A DNA stretch of 64,000 nucleotides from Antedon mediterranea. Lineage: Eukaryota > Animalia > Echinodermata. The notes beneath the pieces were generated by a model. The model ran no database searches. It saw only the letters and a program-made list of their open reading frames with translations, and was not told where the DNA came from. Position 1 is the stretch's first letter. Each line of letters starts with the position of its first letter. Below, one piece after another: positions 23,701-40,400 of this stretch. The DNA is taken from assembly GCF_964355755.1 (NCBI RefSeq), contig NC_092675.1, positions 12,953,812 through 13,017,811 on the forward strand. Direction: 5' to 3'. The position numbers and the translations under genes were made by a program.

Positions 23701-26700
23701 TCGAAAAAACTTGTTAACATAAAAACACCAATGTGCTTAGAATAGCTTCAAATCGCATTTTGAGACGTTTTAGACCATTTTGTGCATTTCGATGAAACTT
23801 GGTTACACAAAAACATCAAAGTGCTTAAAATCACATTATAAACCATTTTAGACCATTTTGAGCATTTCGATAACACTTTTCACACAAAAACATCAAAGAG
23901 CACAAAATAGCTTAATATCGTATTTAAAAACGTTTTAGACCATTTTGAGCATTTAGACAAAACTTTTTTACACAAAACACCAAAGTGCTTAGAATAGCTT
24001 CAAATCGCATTTGGAGACGTTTTAGACCAATTTGTGCATTTCGATGAAACTTGATTACACAAAAACTTCAAAGTGCTTAAAATCACATTATAAACCGTTT
24101 TAGACCATTTTGAGCATTTCGATAACACTTTTCACACAAAAACATCAAAGAGCACAAAATAGCTTAATATCGTATTTAAAAACGTTTTAGACCATTTTGA
24201 GCATTTAGACAAAACTTTTTCACACAAAACACTAAAGTGCTTAGAATAGCTTCAAATCGCATTTGGAGACGTTTTAGACCATTTTGTGCATTTCGAAGGA
24301 ACTTGGTTACACAAAAACATCAAAGTGCTTAAAATCACATTATAAATCGTTTTAGACCATTTTGAGCATTTCGACAAAACTTTTTCACACAAAATACAAA
24401 AGTGCTTAGAATAGCTTCAAATCGCATTTGGAGACGTTTTAGACCATTTTGTGATTTTCGAAAAAACTTTTTAACATAAAAACACCAAAGTGCTTAGAAT
24501 AGCTTCAAATCACATTTGGAGACGTTTTAGACCATTTTGTGATTTTCGAAAAAACTTGTTAACATAAAAACACGAAAGTGCTTAGAATAGCTTCAAATCG
24601 CATTTAGAAACGTTTTAGACCATTTTGTGATTTTCGAAAAAAATTGTTAACATAAAAACACCAAAGTGCTTAGAATCACATTATAAACCGTTTTAGACCA
24701 TTTTGAGCATTTCGATAACAATTTTCACACAAAAACATCAAAGAGCACAAAATAGCTTAATATCGTATTTAAAAATGTTTTAGACCATTTTGAGCATTTA
24801 GATAAAACTTTTTCACACAAAACACCAAAGTGCTTAGAATAGCTTCAAATCGCATTTGGAGACGTTTTAGACCAATTTGTGATTTTTGAAAAAACTTGTT
24901 AACATAAAAACACCAAAGTGCTTAGAATAGCTTCAAATCACATTTGGAGACGTTTTAGACCATTTTGTGATTTTGAACAAACTTGTTAACATAAAAACAC
25001 CAAAGTGCTTAGAATAGCTTCAAATCGCATTTGGAGACGTTTTAGACCATTTTGTGATTTTCGAAAAAACTTGTTAACATAAAAACACCAAAGTGCTTAG
25101 AATAGCTTTAAATCGTATTTGGAGACGTTTTAGACCATTTTGAGATTTTCGAAAATACTTGGTTACACAAAAACATCAAAGTGCTTAAAATCACATTATA
25201 AACCGTTTTAGACCATTTTGAACATTTCGATAACACTTTTCACACAAAAACATCAAAGAGCACAAAATAGCTTAATATCGTATTTAAAAACGTTTTAGAC
25301 CATTTTGAGCATTTCGACAAAACTTTTTCACACAAAACACCAAAGTGCTTAGAATAGCTTCAAATCGCATTTGGAGACGTTTTAGACCAATTTGTGCATT
25401 TCGATGAAACTTGATTACACAAAAACATCAAAGTGCTTAAAATCACATTATAAACCGTTTTAGACCATTTTGAGCATTTCGATAACACTTTTCACACAAA
25501 AACATCAAAGAGCACAAAATAGCTTAATATCGTATTTAAAAACGTTTTAGACCATTTTGAGCATTTCGACAAAACTTTTTCACACAAAACACCAAAGTGC
25601 TTAGAATAGCTTCAAATCGTATTTGGAGACGTTTTAGACCATTTTGAGATTTTCGAAAAAACTTGGTTACACAAAAACATCAAAGTGCTTAAAATCACAT
25701 TATAAACCGTTTTAGACCATTTTGAGCATTTCGATAACACTTTTCACACAAAAACATCAAAGAGCACAAAATAGCTTAATATCGTATTTAAAAACGTTTT
25801 AGACCATTTTGAGCATTTAGAAAAAACTTTTTCACACAAAACACCAAAGTGCTTAGAATAGCTTCAAATCGCATTTGAAGACGTTTTAGACCATTTTGTG
25901 ATTTTTGAAAAAACTTGTTAACATAAAAACACCAAAGTGCTTAGAATAGCTTCAAATCACATTTGGAGACGTTTTAGACCATTTTGTGATTTTCGAAAAA
26001 ACTTGTTAACATAAAAACACGAAAGTGCTTAGAAAAGCTTCAAATCGCATTTGGAAACGTTTTAGACCATTTTGTGATTTTCGAAAAAACTTGTTAACAT
26101 AAAAACACGAAAGTGCTTAGAATCACATTATAAACCGTTTTAGACCATTTTGAGCATTTCGATAACAATTTTCACACAAAAACATCAAAGAGCACAAAAT
26201 AGCTTAATATCGTATTTAAAAATGTTTTAGACCATTTTGAGCATTTAGATAAAACTTTTTCACACAAAACACCAAAGTGCTTAGAATAGCTTCAAATCGC
26301 ATTTGGAGACGTTTTAGACCATTTTGTGATTTTTGAAAAAACTTGTTAACATAAAAACACCAAAGTGCTTAGAATAGCTTCAAATCACATTTGGAGATGT
26401 TTTAGACCATTTTGTGATTTTTGAAAAAACTTGTTAACATAAAAACACGAAAGTGCTTAGAATAGCTTCAAATCACATTTGGAGACGTTTTAGACCATTT
26501 TGTGATTTTTGAAAAAACTTGTTAACATAAAAACACGAAAGTGCTTAGAATAGCTTCAAATCGCATTTGGAAACGTTTTAGACCATTTTGTGATTTTCGA
26601 AAAAGATTGTTAACATAAAAACACCAATGTGCTTAGAATCACATTATAAACCGTTTTAGACCATTTTGAGCATTTCGATAACAATTTTCACACAAAAACA

Positions 26701-29700
26701 TCAAAGAGCACAAAATAGCTTAATATCGTATTTATAAATGTTTTAGACCATTTTGAGCATTTCGACAAAACTTTTTCACACAAAACAACAAAGTGCTTAG
26801 AATAGCTTCAAATCGCATTTGGAGACGTTTTTTATACCATTTTGTGATTTCGATGAAACTTGATTACACAAAAACATCAAAGTGCTTAAAATCACATTAT
26901 AAACCGTTTTAGACCATTTTGAGCATTTCGATAACACTTTTCACACAAAAACATCAAAGAGCACAAAATAGCTTAATATCGTATTTAAAAACGTTTTAGA
27001 CCATTTTGAGCATTTAGACAAAACTTTTTCACACAAAACACCAAAGTGCTTAGAATAGCTTCAAATCGCATTTGGAGACGTTTTAGAACATTTTGTGTTT
27101 TTCGAAAAAAACAGTTAACATAAAAACACCAAAGTGCTTAGAATAGCTTCAAATCGCATTTGGAGACGTTTTAGAACATTTTGTGTTCTTCGAAAAAACC
27201 TGTTAACATAAAAACACCAAAGTGCTTAGAATAGCTTCAAATCGCATTTGGAGACGTTTTAGACCATTTTGTGATTTTTGAAAAAACTTGTTAACATAAA
27301 AACACCAAAGTGCTTAGAATAGCTTCAAATCACATTTGGAGACGTTTTAGACCATTTTGTGTTTTTCGAAAAAACTTGTTAACATAAAAACACGAAAGTG
27401 CTTAGAATAGCTTCAAATCGCATTTGGAAACGTTTTAGACCATTTTGTGATTTTCGAAAAAGATTGTTAACATAAAAACACCAAAGTGCTTAGAATCACA
27501 ATATAAACCGTTTTAGACCATTTTGAGCATTTCGATAACAATTTTCACACAAAAACATCAAAGAGCACAAAATAGCTTAATATCGTATTTAAAAATGTTT
27601 TAGACCATTTTGAGCATTTAGATAAAACTTTTTCACACAAAACACCAAAGTGCTTAGAATAGCTTCAAATCGCATTTGGAGACGGTTTAGACCATTTTGT
27701 GATTTTGAAAAAACTTGTTAACATAAAAACACCAAAGTGCTTAGAATAGCTTCAAATCGCATTTGGAGACGTTTTAGACCATTTTGTGATTTTCGAAAAA
27801 ACTTGTTAACATAAAAACACCAAAGTGCTTAGAATAGCTTCAAATCGTATTTGGAGACGTTTTAGACCATCTTGAGATTTTCGAAAAAACTTGGTTACAC
27901 AAAAACATCAAAGTGCTTAAAATCACATTATAAACCATTTTAGACCATTTTGAACATTTCGATAACACTTTTCACACAAAAACATCAAAGAGCACAAAAT
28001 AGCTTAATATCGTATTTAAAAACGTTTTAGACCATTTTGAGCATTTCGAAAAAACTTTTTCACACAAAACACCAAAGTGCTTAGAATAGCTTCAAATCGC
28101 ATTTGGAGACGTTTTAGACCAATTTGTGCATTTCGATGAAACTTGATTACACAAAAACATCAACGTGCTTAAAATCACATTATAAACCGTTTTAGACCAT
28201 TTTGAGCATTTCGATAACACTTTTCACACAAAAACATCAAAGAGCACAAAATAGCTTAATATCGTATTTAAAAACGTTTTAGACCATTTTGAGCATTTAG
28301 ACAAAACTTTTTCACACAAAACACCAAAGTGCTTAGAATAGCTTCAAATCGCATTTGGAGACGTTTTAGACCATTTTGTGCATTTCGATGAAACTTGGTT
28401 ACACAAAAACATCAAAGTGCTTAAAATCACATTATAAATCGTTTTAGACCATTTTGAGCATTTCGACAAAACTTTTTCACACAAAATACAAAAGTGCTTA
28501 GAATAGCTTCAAATCGCATTTGGAGAAGTTTTAGACCATTTTGTGATTTTCGAAAAAACTTTTTAACATAAAAACACCAAAGTGCTTAGAATAGCTTCAA
28601 ATCACATTTGGAGACGTTTTAGACCATTTTGTGATTTTCGAAAAAACTTGTTAACATAAAAACACGAAAGTGCTTAGAATAGCTTCAAATCGCATTTAGA
28701 AACGTTTTAGACCATTTTGTGATTTTCGAAAAAAATTGTTAACATAAAAACACCAAAGTGCTTAGAATAGCTTCAAATCGCATTTGGAAACGTTTTAGAC
28801 CATTTTGTGATTTTCGAAAAAACTTGTTAACATAAAAACACGAAAGTGCTTAAAATAGCTTCAAATCGCATTTGGAAACGTTTTAGACCATTTTGTGATT
28901 TTCGAAAAAAATTGTTAACATAAAAACACGAAAGTGCTTAGAATAGCTTCAAATCGCATTTGGAAACGTTTTAGACCATTTTGTGATTTTCGAAAAAAAT
29001 TGTTAACATAAAAACACCAAAGTGTTTAGAATAGCTTCAAATCGCATTTGGAGACGTTTTAGACCAATTTGTGATTTTCGAAAAAACTTATCAACATAAA
29101 AACACCAAAGGGTTTAGAATAGCTTCAAATCGCATTTGGAGACGTTTTAGACCATTTTGTGATTTTCGAAAAAACTTGTTAACATAAAAACACGAAAGTG
29201 CTTAGAATAGCTTCAAATCGCATTTGGAAACGTTTTAGACCATTTTGTGATTTTCGAAAAAACTTGTTAACATAAAAACATGAAAGTGCTTAGAATAGCT
29301 TCAAATCGTATTTGGAGACGTTTTAGACCATTTTGTGATTTTCGAAAAAACTTGTTAACATAAAAACACCAATGTGCTTAGAATAGCTTCAAATCGCATT
29401 TTGAGACGTTTTTTATACCATTTTGTGATTTCGATGAAACTTGATTACACAAAAACATCAAAGTGCTTAAAATCACATTATAAACCGTTTTAGACCATTT
29501 TGAGCATTTCGATAACACTTTTCACACAAAAACATCAAAGAGCACAAAATAGCTTAATATCGTATTTAAAAACGTTTTAGACCATTTTGAGCATTTAGAC
29601 AAAACTTTTTCACACAAAACACCAAAGTGCTTAGAATAGCTTCAAATCGCATTTGGAGACGTTTTAGAACATTTTGTGTTTTTCGAAAAAAACTGTTAAC

Positions 29701-31469
29701 ATAAAAACACCAAAGTGCTTAGAATAGCTTCAAATCGCATTTGGAGACGTTTTAGAACATTTTGTGTTCTTCGAAAAAACCTGTTAACATAAAAACACCA
29801 AAGTGCTTAGAATAGCTTCAAATCGCATTTGGAGACGTTTTAGACCATTTTGTGATTTTTGAAAAAACTTGTTAACATAAAAACACCAAAGTCCTTAGAA
29901 TAGCTTCAAATCACATTTGGAGACGTTTTAGACCATTTTGTGATTTTCGAAAAAACTTGATAACATAAAAACACGAAAGTGGTTAGAATAGCTTCAAATC
30001 GCATTTGGAAACGTTTTAGACCATTTTGTGATTTTCGAAAAAGATTGTTAACATAAAAACACCAAAGTGCTTAGAATCACAATATAAACCGTTTTAGACC
30101 ATTTTGAGCATTTCGATAACAATTTTCACACAAAAACATCAAAGAGCACAAAATAGCTTAATATCGTATTTAAAAATGTTTTAGACAATTTTGAGCATTT
30201 AGATAAAACTTTTTCACACAAAACACCAAAGTGCTTAGAATAGCTTCAAATCGCATTTGGAGACGGTTTAGACCATTTTGTGATTTTGAAAAAACTTGTT
30301 AACATAAAAACACCAAAGTGCTTAGAATAGCTTCAAATCGCATTTGGAGACGTTTTAGACCATTTTGTGATTTTCGAAAAAACTTGTTAACATAAAAACA
30401 CCAAAGTGCTTAGAATAGCTTCAAATCGTATTTGGAGACGTTTTAGACCATTTTGAGATTTTCGAAAAAACTTGGTTACACAAAAACATCAAAGTGCTTA
30501 AAATCACATTATAAACCGTTTTAGACCATTTTGAACATTTCGATAACACTTTTCACACAAAAACATCAAAGAGCACAAAATAGCTTAATATCGTATTTAA
30601 AAACGTTTTAGACCATTTTGAGCATTTCGACAAAACTTTTTCACACAAAACACCAAAGTGCTTAGAATAGCTTCAAATCGCATTTGGAGACGTTTTAGAC
30701 CAATTTGTGCATTTCGATGAAACTTGATTACACAAAAACATCAACGTGCTTAAAATCACATTATAAACCGTTTTAGACCATTTTGAGCATTTCGATAACA
30801 CTTTTCACACAAAAACATCAAAGAGCACAAAATAGCTTAATATCGTTTTTAAAAACGTTTTAGACCATTTTGAGCATTTAGACAAAACTTTTTCACACAA
30901 AACACCAAAGTGCTTAGAATAGCTTCAAATCGCATTTGGAGACGTTTTAGACCATTTTGTGCATTTCGATGAAACTTGGTTACACAAAAACATCAAAGTG
31001 CTTAAAATGACATTATAAATCGTTTTAGACCATTTTGAGCATTTCGACAAAACTTTTTCACACAAAATACCAAAGGGCTTAGAATAGCTTCAAATCGCAT
31101 TTGGAGACGTTTTAGACCATTTTGTGATTTTCGAAAAAACTTTTTAACATAAAAACACAAAAGTGCTTAGAATAGCTTCAAATCACATTTGGAGACGTTT
31201 TAGACCATTTTGTGATTTTCAAAAAAACTTGTTAACATAAAAACACGAAAGTGCTTAGAATAGCTTCAAATCGCATTTGGAAACGTTTTAGACCATTTTG
31301 TTATTTTCGAAAAAAATTGTTAACATAAAAACACCAAAGTGCTTAGAATCACATTATAAACCGTTTTAGACCATTTTGAGCATTTCGATAACAATTTTCA
31401 CACAAAAACATCAAAGAGCACAAAATAGCTTAATATCGTATTTAAAAATGTTTTAGACCATTTTGAGCA

Positions 31470-34400
31470 TTTAGATAAAATTTTTCACACAAAACACCAA
31501 AGTGCTTAGAATAGCTTCAAATCGCATTTGGAGACGGTTTAGACCATTTTGTGATTTTGAAAAAACTTGTTAACATAAAAACACCAAAGTGCTTAGAATA
31601 GCTTCAAATCGCATTTGGAGACGTTTTAGACCATTTTGTGATTTTCGAAAAAACTTGTTAACATAAAAACACCAAAGTGCTTAGAATAGCTTCAAATCGT
31701 ATTTGGAGACGTTTTAGACCATTTTGAGATTTTCGAAAAAACTTGGTTACACAAAAACATCAAAGTGCTTAAAATCACATTATAAACCGTTTTAGACCAT
31801 TTTGAGCATTTCGATAACACTTTTCACACAAAAACATCAAAGAGCACAAAATAGCTTAATATCGTATTTAAAAACGTTTTAGACCATTTTGAGCATTTCG
31901 ACAAAACTTTTTCACACAAAACACCAAAGTGCTTAGAATAGCTTCAAATCGCATTTGGAGACGTTTTAGACCAATTTGTGCATTTCGATGAAACTTGATT
32001 ACACAAAAACATCAAAGTGCTTAAAATCACATTATAAACCGTTTTAGACCATTTTGAGCATTTCGATAACACTTTTCACACAAAAACATCAAAGAGCACA
32101 AAATAGCTTAATATCGTATTTAAAAACGTTTTAGACCATTTTGAGCATTTAGACAAAACTTTTTCACACAAAACACCAAAGTGCTTAGAATAGCTTCAAA
32201 TCGCATTTAGAGACGTTTTAGACCATTTTGTGCATTTCGATGAAACTTGGTTACACAAAAACATCAAAGTGCTTAAAATCACATTATAAATCGTTTTAGA
32301 CCATTTTGAGCATTTCGACAAAACTTTTTCACACAAAATACCAAAGTGCTTAGAATAGCTTCAAATCGCATTTGGAGACGTTTTAGACCATTTTGTGATT
32401 TTCGAAAAAACTTGTTAACATAAAAACACCAAAGTGCTTAGAATAGCTTCAAATCACATTTGGAGACATTTTAGACCATTTTGTGATTTTCGAAAAAACT
32501 TGTTAACATAAAAACACGAAAGTGCTTAGAATAGCTTCAAATCGCATTTGGAAACGTTTTAGACCATTTTGTGATTTTCGAAAAAACTTGTTAACATAAA
32601 AACACGAAAGTGCTTAGAATCACATTATAAACCGTTTTAGACCATTTTGAGCATTTCGATAACAATTTTCACACAAAAACATCAAAGAGCACAAAATAGC
32701 TTAATATCGTATTTAAAAATGTTTTAGACCATTTTGAGCATTTAGATAAAACTTTTTCACACAAAACACCAAAGTGCTTAGAATAGCTTCAAATCGCATT
32801 TGGAGACGTTTTAGACCATTTTGTGATTTTCGAAAAAACTTGTTAACATAAAAACACGAAAGGGCTTAGAATAGCTTCAAATCGCATTTGGAAACGTTTT
32901 AGACCATTTTGTGATTTTCGAAAAAAATTGTTAACATAAAAACACCAAAGTGTTTAGAATAGCTTCAAATCGCATTTGGAGACGTTTTAGACCAATTTGT
33001 GATTTTCGAAAAAACTTATCAACATAAAAACACCAAAGGGTTTAGAATAGCTTCAAATCGCATTTGGAGACGTTTTAGACCATTTTGTGATTTTGAAAAA
33101 AATTGTTAACATAAAAACACCAAAGTGTTTAGAATAGCTTCAAATCACATTTGGAGACGTTTTAGACCAATTTGTGATTTTCGAAAAAACTTATCAACAT
33201 AAAAACACCAAAGGGTTTAGAATAGCTTCAAATCGCATTTGGAGACGTTTTAGACCATTTTGTGATTTTCGAAAAAACTTGTTAACATAAAAACACGAAA
33301 GTGCTTAGAATAGCTTCAAATCGCATTTGGAAACGTTTTAGACCATTTTGTGATTTTCGAAAAAACTTGTTAACATAAAAACATGAAAGTGCTTAGAATA
33401 GCTTCAAATCGTATTTGGAGACGTTTTAGACCATTTTGTGATTTTCGAAAAAACTTGTTAACATAAAAACACCAATGTGCTTAGAATAGCTTCAAATCGC
33501 ATTTTGAGACGTTTTAGACCATTTTGTGCATTTCGATGAAACTTGGTTACACAAAAACATCAAAGTGCTTAAAATCACATTATAAACCATTTTAGACCAT
33601 TTTGAGCATTTCGATAACACTTTTCACACAAAAACATCAAAGAGCACAAAATAGCTTAATATCGTATTTAAAAACGTTTTAGACCATTTTGAGCATTTCG
33701 ACAAAACTTTTTCACACAAAACACCAAAGTACTTAGAATAGCTTCAAATCGCATTTGGAGACGTTTTAGACCATTTTGTGATTTTCGAAAAAACTTGTTA
33801 ACATAAAAACATCAAAGTGTACAGAATAACTTCAAATCGCATTTGGAGACCGTTTTAGGCCAATTTGTGATTTTCGAAAAAACTTGTTAACCTAAAAATA
33901 CCAAAGTGTTTAGAATAGCTTCAAATCGCATTTGGAGACGTTTTAGACCATTTTGTGATTTTCGAAAAAACTTGTTAACATAAAAACACCAAAGTGCTTC
34001 AAATCGCATTTGGAGACATTTTAGACCAATTTGTGATTTTTGAAAAAACTTGTTAACATAAAAACACCAAAGTGCTTACAATAGCTTCAAATCGTATTTG
34101 GAGACGTTTTAGACCATTTTGTGATTTTCGAAAAAACTTGTTAACATAAAAACACCAAAGTACTTAGAATAGCTTCAAATCGCATTTGGAGACGTTTTAG
34201 ACCATTTTATGCATTTCGATGAAACTTGGTTACACAAAAACATCAATGTGCTTAAAATCACATTATAATCCGTTTTAGACCATTTTGAGCATTTCGATAA
34301 CACTTTTCACACAAAAACATCAAAGAGCACAAAATAGCTTAATATCGTATTTAAAAACGTTTTAGACCATTTTGAGCATTTAGACAAAACTTTTTCACAC

Positions 34401-37400
34401 AAAACACCAAAGTGTTTAGAATAGCTTCAAATCGCATTTGGAGACGTTTTAGACCATTTTGTGATTTTCGAAAAAACTTGTTAACATAAAAACACCAAAG
34501 TGCTTCAAATCGCATTTGAGACATTTTAGACCAATTTGTGATTTTTGAAAAAACTTGTTAACATAAAAACACCAAAGTGCTTACAATAGCTTCAAATCGT
34601 ATTTGGAGACGTTTTAGACCATTTTGTGATTTTCGAAAAAACTTGTTAACATAAAAACACCAGAGTACTTAGAATAGCTTCAAATCGCATTTGGAGACGT
34701 TTTAGACCATTTTATGCATTTCGATGAAACTTGGTTACACAAAAACATCAAAGTGCTTAAAATCACATTATAATCCGTTTTAGACCATTTTGAGCATTTC
34801 GATAACACTTTTCACACAAAAACATCAAAGAGCACAAAATAGCTTAATATCGTATTTAAAAACTTTTTAGACCATTTTGAGCATTTCGACAAAACTTTTT
34901 CACACAAAACACCAAAGTGCTTAGAATAGCTTCAAATCGCATTTGGAGACGTTTTAGACCATTTTGTGATTTTCGAAAAAAATTGTTAACATAAAAACAT
35001 CAAAGTGTACAGAATAGCTTCAAATCGCATTTGGAGACCGTTTTAGGCCAATTTGTGATTTTCGAAAAAACTTGTTAACCTAAAAATACCAAAGTGTTTA
35101 GAATAGCTTCAAATCGCATTTGGAGACGTTTTAGACCATTTTGTGATTTTCGAAAAAACTTGTTAACATAAAAACACCAAAGTGCTTAGAATAGCTTCAA
35201 ATCGCATTTGGAGACATTTTAGACCAATTTGTGATTTTCGAAAAAACTTATCAACATAAAAACACCAAAGGGTTTAGAATATCTTCAAATCGCATTTGGA
35301 GACGTTTTAGACCATTTTGTGATTTTCGAAAAAACTTGTTAACATAAAAACACCAAAGTGCTTAGAATAGCTTCAAATCGCATTTGGAGACGTTTTAGAC
35401 CAATTTGTGATTTTCGAAAAAACTTATCAACATAAAAACACCAAAGGGTTTAGAATAGCTTCATTTGGAGACGTTTTAGACCATTTTGTGATTTTGAAAA
35501 AACTTGTTAACATAAAAACACCAAAGTGCTTAGAATAGCTTCAAATCGCATTTGGAGACGTTTTAGACCATTTTGTGATTTTCGAAAAAACTTGTTAACA
35601 TAAAAACACCAAAGTGCTTAGAATAGCTTCAAATCGTATTTGGAGACGTTTTAGACCATTTTGAGATTTTCGAAAAAACTTGGTTACACAAAAACATCAA
35701 AGTGCTTAAAATCACATTATAAACCGTTTTAGACCATTTTGAGCATTTCGATAACACTTTTCACACAAAAACATCAAAGAGCACAAAATAGCTTAATATC
35801 GTATTTAAAAACGTTTTAGACCATTTTGAGCATTTCGACAAAACTTTTTCACACAAAACACCAAAGTGCTTAGAATAGCTTCAAATCGCATTTGGAGACG
35901 TTTTAGACCAATTTGTGATTTTTGAAAAAACTTGTTAACATAAAAACACCAAAGTGCTTAGAATAGCTTCAAATCACATTTGGAGACGTTTTAGACCATT
36001 TTGTGATTTTCGAAAAAACTTGTTAACATAAAAACACGAAAGTGCATAGAATAGCTTCAAATCGCCTTTGGAAACGTTTTAGACCATTTTGTGATTTTCG
36101 AAAAAACTTTTTAACATAAAAACACGAAAGTGCTTAGAATCACATTATAAACCGTTTTAGACCATTTTGAGCATTTCGATAACAATTTTCACACAAAAAC
36201 ATCAAAGAGCACAAAATAGCTTAATATCGTATTTAAAAATGTTTTAGACCATTTTGAGCATTTAGATAAAACTTTTTCACACAAAACACCAAAGTGCTTA
36301 GAATAGCTTCAAATCGCATTTGGAGACGTTTTAGACCATTTTGTGATTTTTGAAAAAACTTGTTAACATAAAAACACCAAAGTGCTTAGAATAGCTTCAA
36401 ATCACATTTGGAGATGTTTTAGACCATTTTGTGATTTTTGAAAAAACTTGTTAACATAAAAACACGAAAGTGCTTAGAATAGCTTCAAATCGAATTTGGA
36501 AACGTTTTAGACCATTTTGTGATTTTCGAAAAAGATTGTTAACATAAAAACACCAATGTGCTTAGAATCACATTATAAACCGTTTTAGACCATTTTGAGC
36601 ATTTCGATAACAATTTTCACACAAAAACATCAAAGAGCACAAAATAGCTTAATATCGTATTTATAAATGTTTTAGACCATTTTGAGCATTTCGACAAAAC
36701 TTTTTCACACAAAACACCAAAGAGCTTAGAATAGCTTCAAATCGCATTTGGAGACGTTTTTTATACCATTTTGTGATTTCGATGAAACTTGATTACACAA
36801 AAACATCAAAGTGCTTAAAATCACATTATAAACCGTTTTAGACCATTTTGAGCATTTCGATAACACTTTTCACACAAAAACATCAAAGAGCACAAATAGC
36901 TTAATATCGTATTTAAAAACGTTTTAGACCATTTTGAGCATTTAGACAAAACTTTTTCACACAAAACACCAAAGTGCTTAGAATAGCTTCAAATCGCATT
37001 TGGAGACGTTTTAGAACATTTTGTGTTTTTTGAAAAAAACTGTTAACATAAAAACACCAAAGTGCTTAGAATAGCTTCAAATCGCATTTGGAGACGTTTT
37101 AGAACATTTTGTGTTCTTCGAAAAAACCTGTTAACATAAAAACACCAAAGTGCTTAGAATAGCTTCAAATCGCATTTGGAGACGTTTTAGACCATTTTGT
37201 GATTTTTGAAAAAACTTGTTAACATAAAAACACCAAAGTGCTTAGAATAGCTTCAAATCACATTTGGAGACGTTTTAGACCATTTTGTGATTTTCGAAAA
37301 AACTTGTTAACATAAAAACACGAAAGTGCTTAGAATAGCTTCAAATCGCATTTGGAAACGTTTTAGACCATTTTGTGATTTTCGAAAAAGATTGTTAACA

Positions 37401-40400
37401 TAAAAACACCAAAGTGCTTAGAATCACAATATAAACCGTTTTAGACCATTTTGAGCATTTCGATAACAATTTTCACACAAAAACATCAAAGAGCACAAAA
37501 TAGCTTAACATCGTATTTATAAATGTTTTAGACCATTTTGAGAATTTCGACAAAACTTTTTCACACAAAACACCAAAGTGCTTAGAATAGCTTCAAATCG
37601 CATTTGGAGACGTTTTTTATACCATTTTGTGATTTCGATGAAACTTGATTACACAAAAACATCAAAGTGCTTAAAATCACATTATAAACCGTTTTAGACC
37701 ATTTTGAGCATTTCGATAACACTTTTCACACAAAAACATCAAAGAGCACAAAATAGCTTAATATCGTATTTAAAAACGTTTTAGACCATTTTGAGCATTT
37801 AGACAAAACTTTTTCACAAAAAACACCAAAGTGCTTAGAATAGCTTCAAATCGCATTTGGAGACGTTTTAGAACATTTTGTGTTTTTCGAAAAAAACTGT
37901 TAACATAAAAACACAAAAGTGCTTAGAATAGCTTCAAATCGCATTTGGAGACGTTTTAGAACATTTTGTGTTCTTCGAAAAAACCTGTTAACATAAAAAC
38001 TCCAAAGTGCTTAGAATAGCTTCAAATCGCATTTGGAGACGTTTTAGACCATTTTGTGATTTTTGAAAAAACTTGTTAACATAAAAACACCAAAGTGCTT
38101 AGAATAGCTTCAAATCACATTTGGAGACGTTTTAGACCATTTTGTGATTTTCGAAAAAACTTGTTAACATAAAAACACGAAAGTGCTTAGAATAGCTTCA
38201 AATCGCATTTGGAAACGTTTTAGACCATTTTGTGATTTTCGAAAAAACTTGTTAACATAAAAACACGAAAGTGCTTAGAATAGCTTCAAATCGCATTTGG
38301 AAACGTTTTAGACCATTTTGTGATTTTCGAAAAAAATTGTTAACATAAAAACACCAAAGTGTTTAGAATAGCTTCAAATCGCATTTGGAGACGTTTTAGA
38401 CCAATTTGTGATTTTCGAAAAAACTTATCAACATAAAAACACCAAAGGGTTTAGAATAGCTTCAAATCGCATTTGGAGACGTTTTAGACCATTTTGTGAT
38501 TTTCGAAAAAACTTGTTAACATAAAAACACGAAAGTGCTTAGAATAGCTTCAAATCGCATTTGGAAACGTTTTAGACCATTTTGTGATTTTCGAAAAAAC
38601 TTGTTAACATAAAAACATGAAAGTGCTTAGAATAGCTTCAAATCGTATTTGGAGACGTTTTAGACCATTTTGTGATTTTCGAAAAAACTTGTTAACATAA
38701 AAACACCAATGTGCTTAGAATAGCTTCAAATCGCATTTTGAGACGTTTTAGACCATTTTGTGCATTTCGATGAAACTTGGTTACACAAAAACATCAAAGT
38801 GCTTAAAATCACATTATAAACCATTTTAGACCATTTTGAGCATTTCGATAACACTTTTCACACAAAAACATCAAAGAGCACAAAATAGCTTAATATCGTA
38901 TTTAAAAACGTTTTAGACCATTTTGAGCATTTAGACAAAACTTTTTCACACAAAACACCAAAGTGCTTAGAATAGCTTCAAATCGCATTTGGAGACGTTT
39001 TAGACCAATTTGTGCATTTCGATGAAACTTGATTACACAAAAACTTCAAAGTGCTTAAAATCACATTATAAACCGTTTTAGACCATTTTGAGCATTTCGA
39101 TAACACTTTTCACACAAAAACATCAAAGAGCACAAAATAGCTTAATATCGTATTTAAAAACGTTTTAGACCATTTTGAGCATTTAGACAAAACTTTTTCA
39201 CACAAAACACCAAAGTGCTTAGAATAGCTTCAAATCGCATTTGGAGACGTTTTAGACCATTTTGTGCATTTCGAAGGAACTTGGTTACACAAAAACATCA
39301 AAGTGCTTAAAATCACATTATAAATCGTTTTAGACCATTTTGAGCATTTCGACAAAACTTTTTCACACAAAATACAAAAGTGCTTAGAATAGCTTCAAAT
39401 CGCATTTGGAGACGTTTTAGACCATTTTGTGATTTTCGAAAAAACTTTTTAACATAAAAACACCAAAGTGCTTAGAATAGCTTCAAATCACATTTGGAGA
39501 CGTTTTAGACCATTTTGTGATTTTCGAAAAAACTTGTTAACATAAAAACACGAAAGTGCTTAGAATAGCTTCAAATCGCATTTAGAAACGTTTTAGACCA
39601 TTTTGTGATTTTCGAAAAAAATTGTTAACATAAAAACACCAAAGTGCTTAGAATCACATTATAAACCGTTTTAGACCATTTTGAGCATTTCGATAACAAT
39701 TTTCACACAAAAACATCAAAGAGCACAAAATAGCTTAATATCGTATTTAAAAATGTTTTAGACCATTTTGAGCATTTAGATAAAACTTTTTCACACAAAA
39801 CACCAAAGTGCTTAGAATAGCTTCAAATCGCATTTGGAGACGTTTTAGACCAATTTGTGATTTTTGAAAAAACTTGTTAACATAAAAACACCAAAGTGCT
39901 TAGAATAGCTTCAAATCACATTTGGAGACGTTTTAGACCATTTTGTGATTTTGAACAAACTTGTTAACATAAAAACACCAAAGTGCTTAGAATAGCTTCA
40001 AATCGCATTTTGAGACGTTTTAGACCATTTTGTGATTTTCGAAAAAACTTGTTAACATAAAAACACCAAAGTGCTTAGAATAGCTTTAAATCGTATTTGG
40101 AGACGTTTTAGACCATTTTGAGATTTTCGAAAATACTTGGTTACACAAAAACATCAAAGTGCTTAAAATCACATTATAAACCGTTTTAGACCATTTTGAA
40201 CATTTCGATAACACTTTTCACACAAAAACATCAAAGAGCACAAAATAGCTTAATATCGTATTTAAAAACGTTTTAGACCATTTTGAGCATTTCGACAAAA
40301 CTTTTTCACACAAAACACCAAAGTGCTTAGAATAGCTTCAAATCGCATTTGGAGACGTTTTAGACCAATTTGTGCATTTCGATGAAACTTGATTACACAA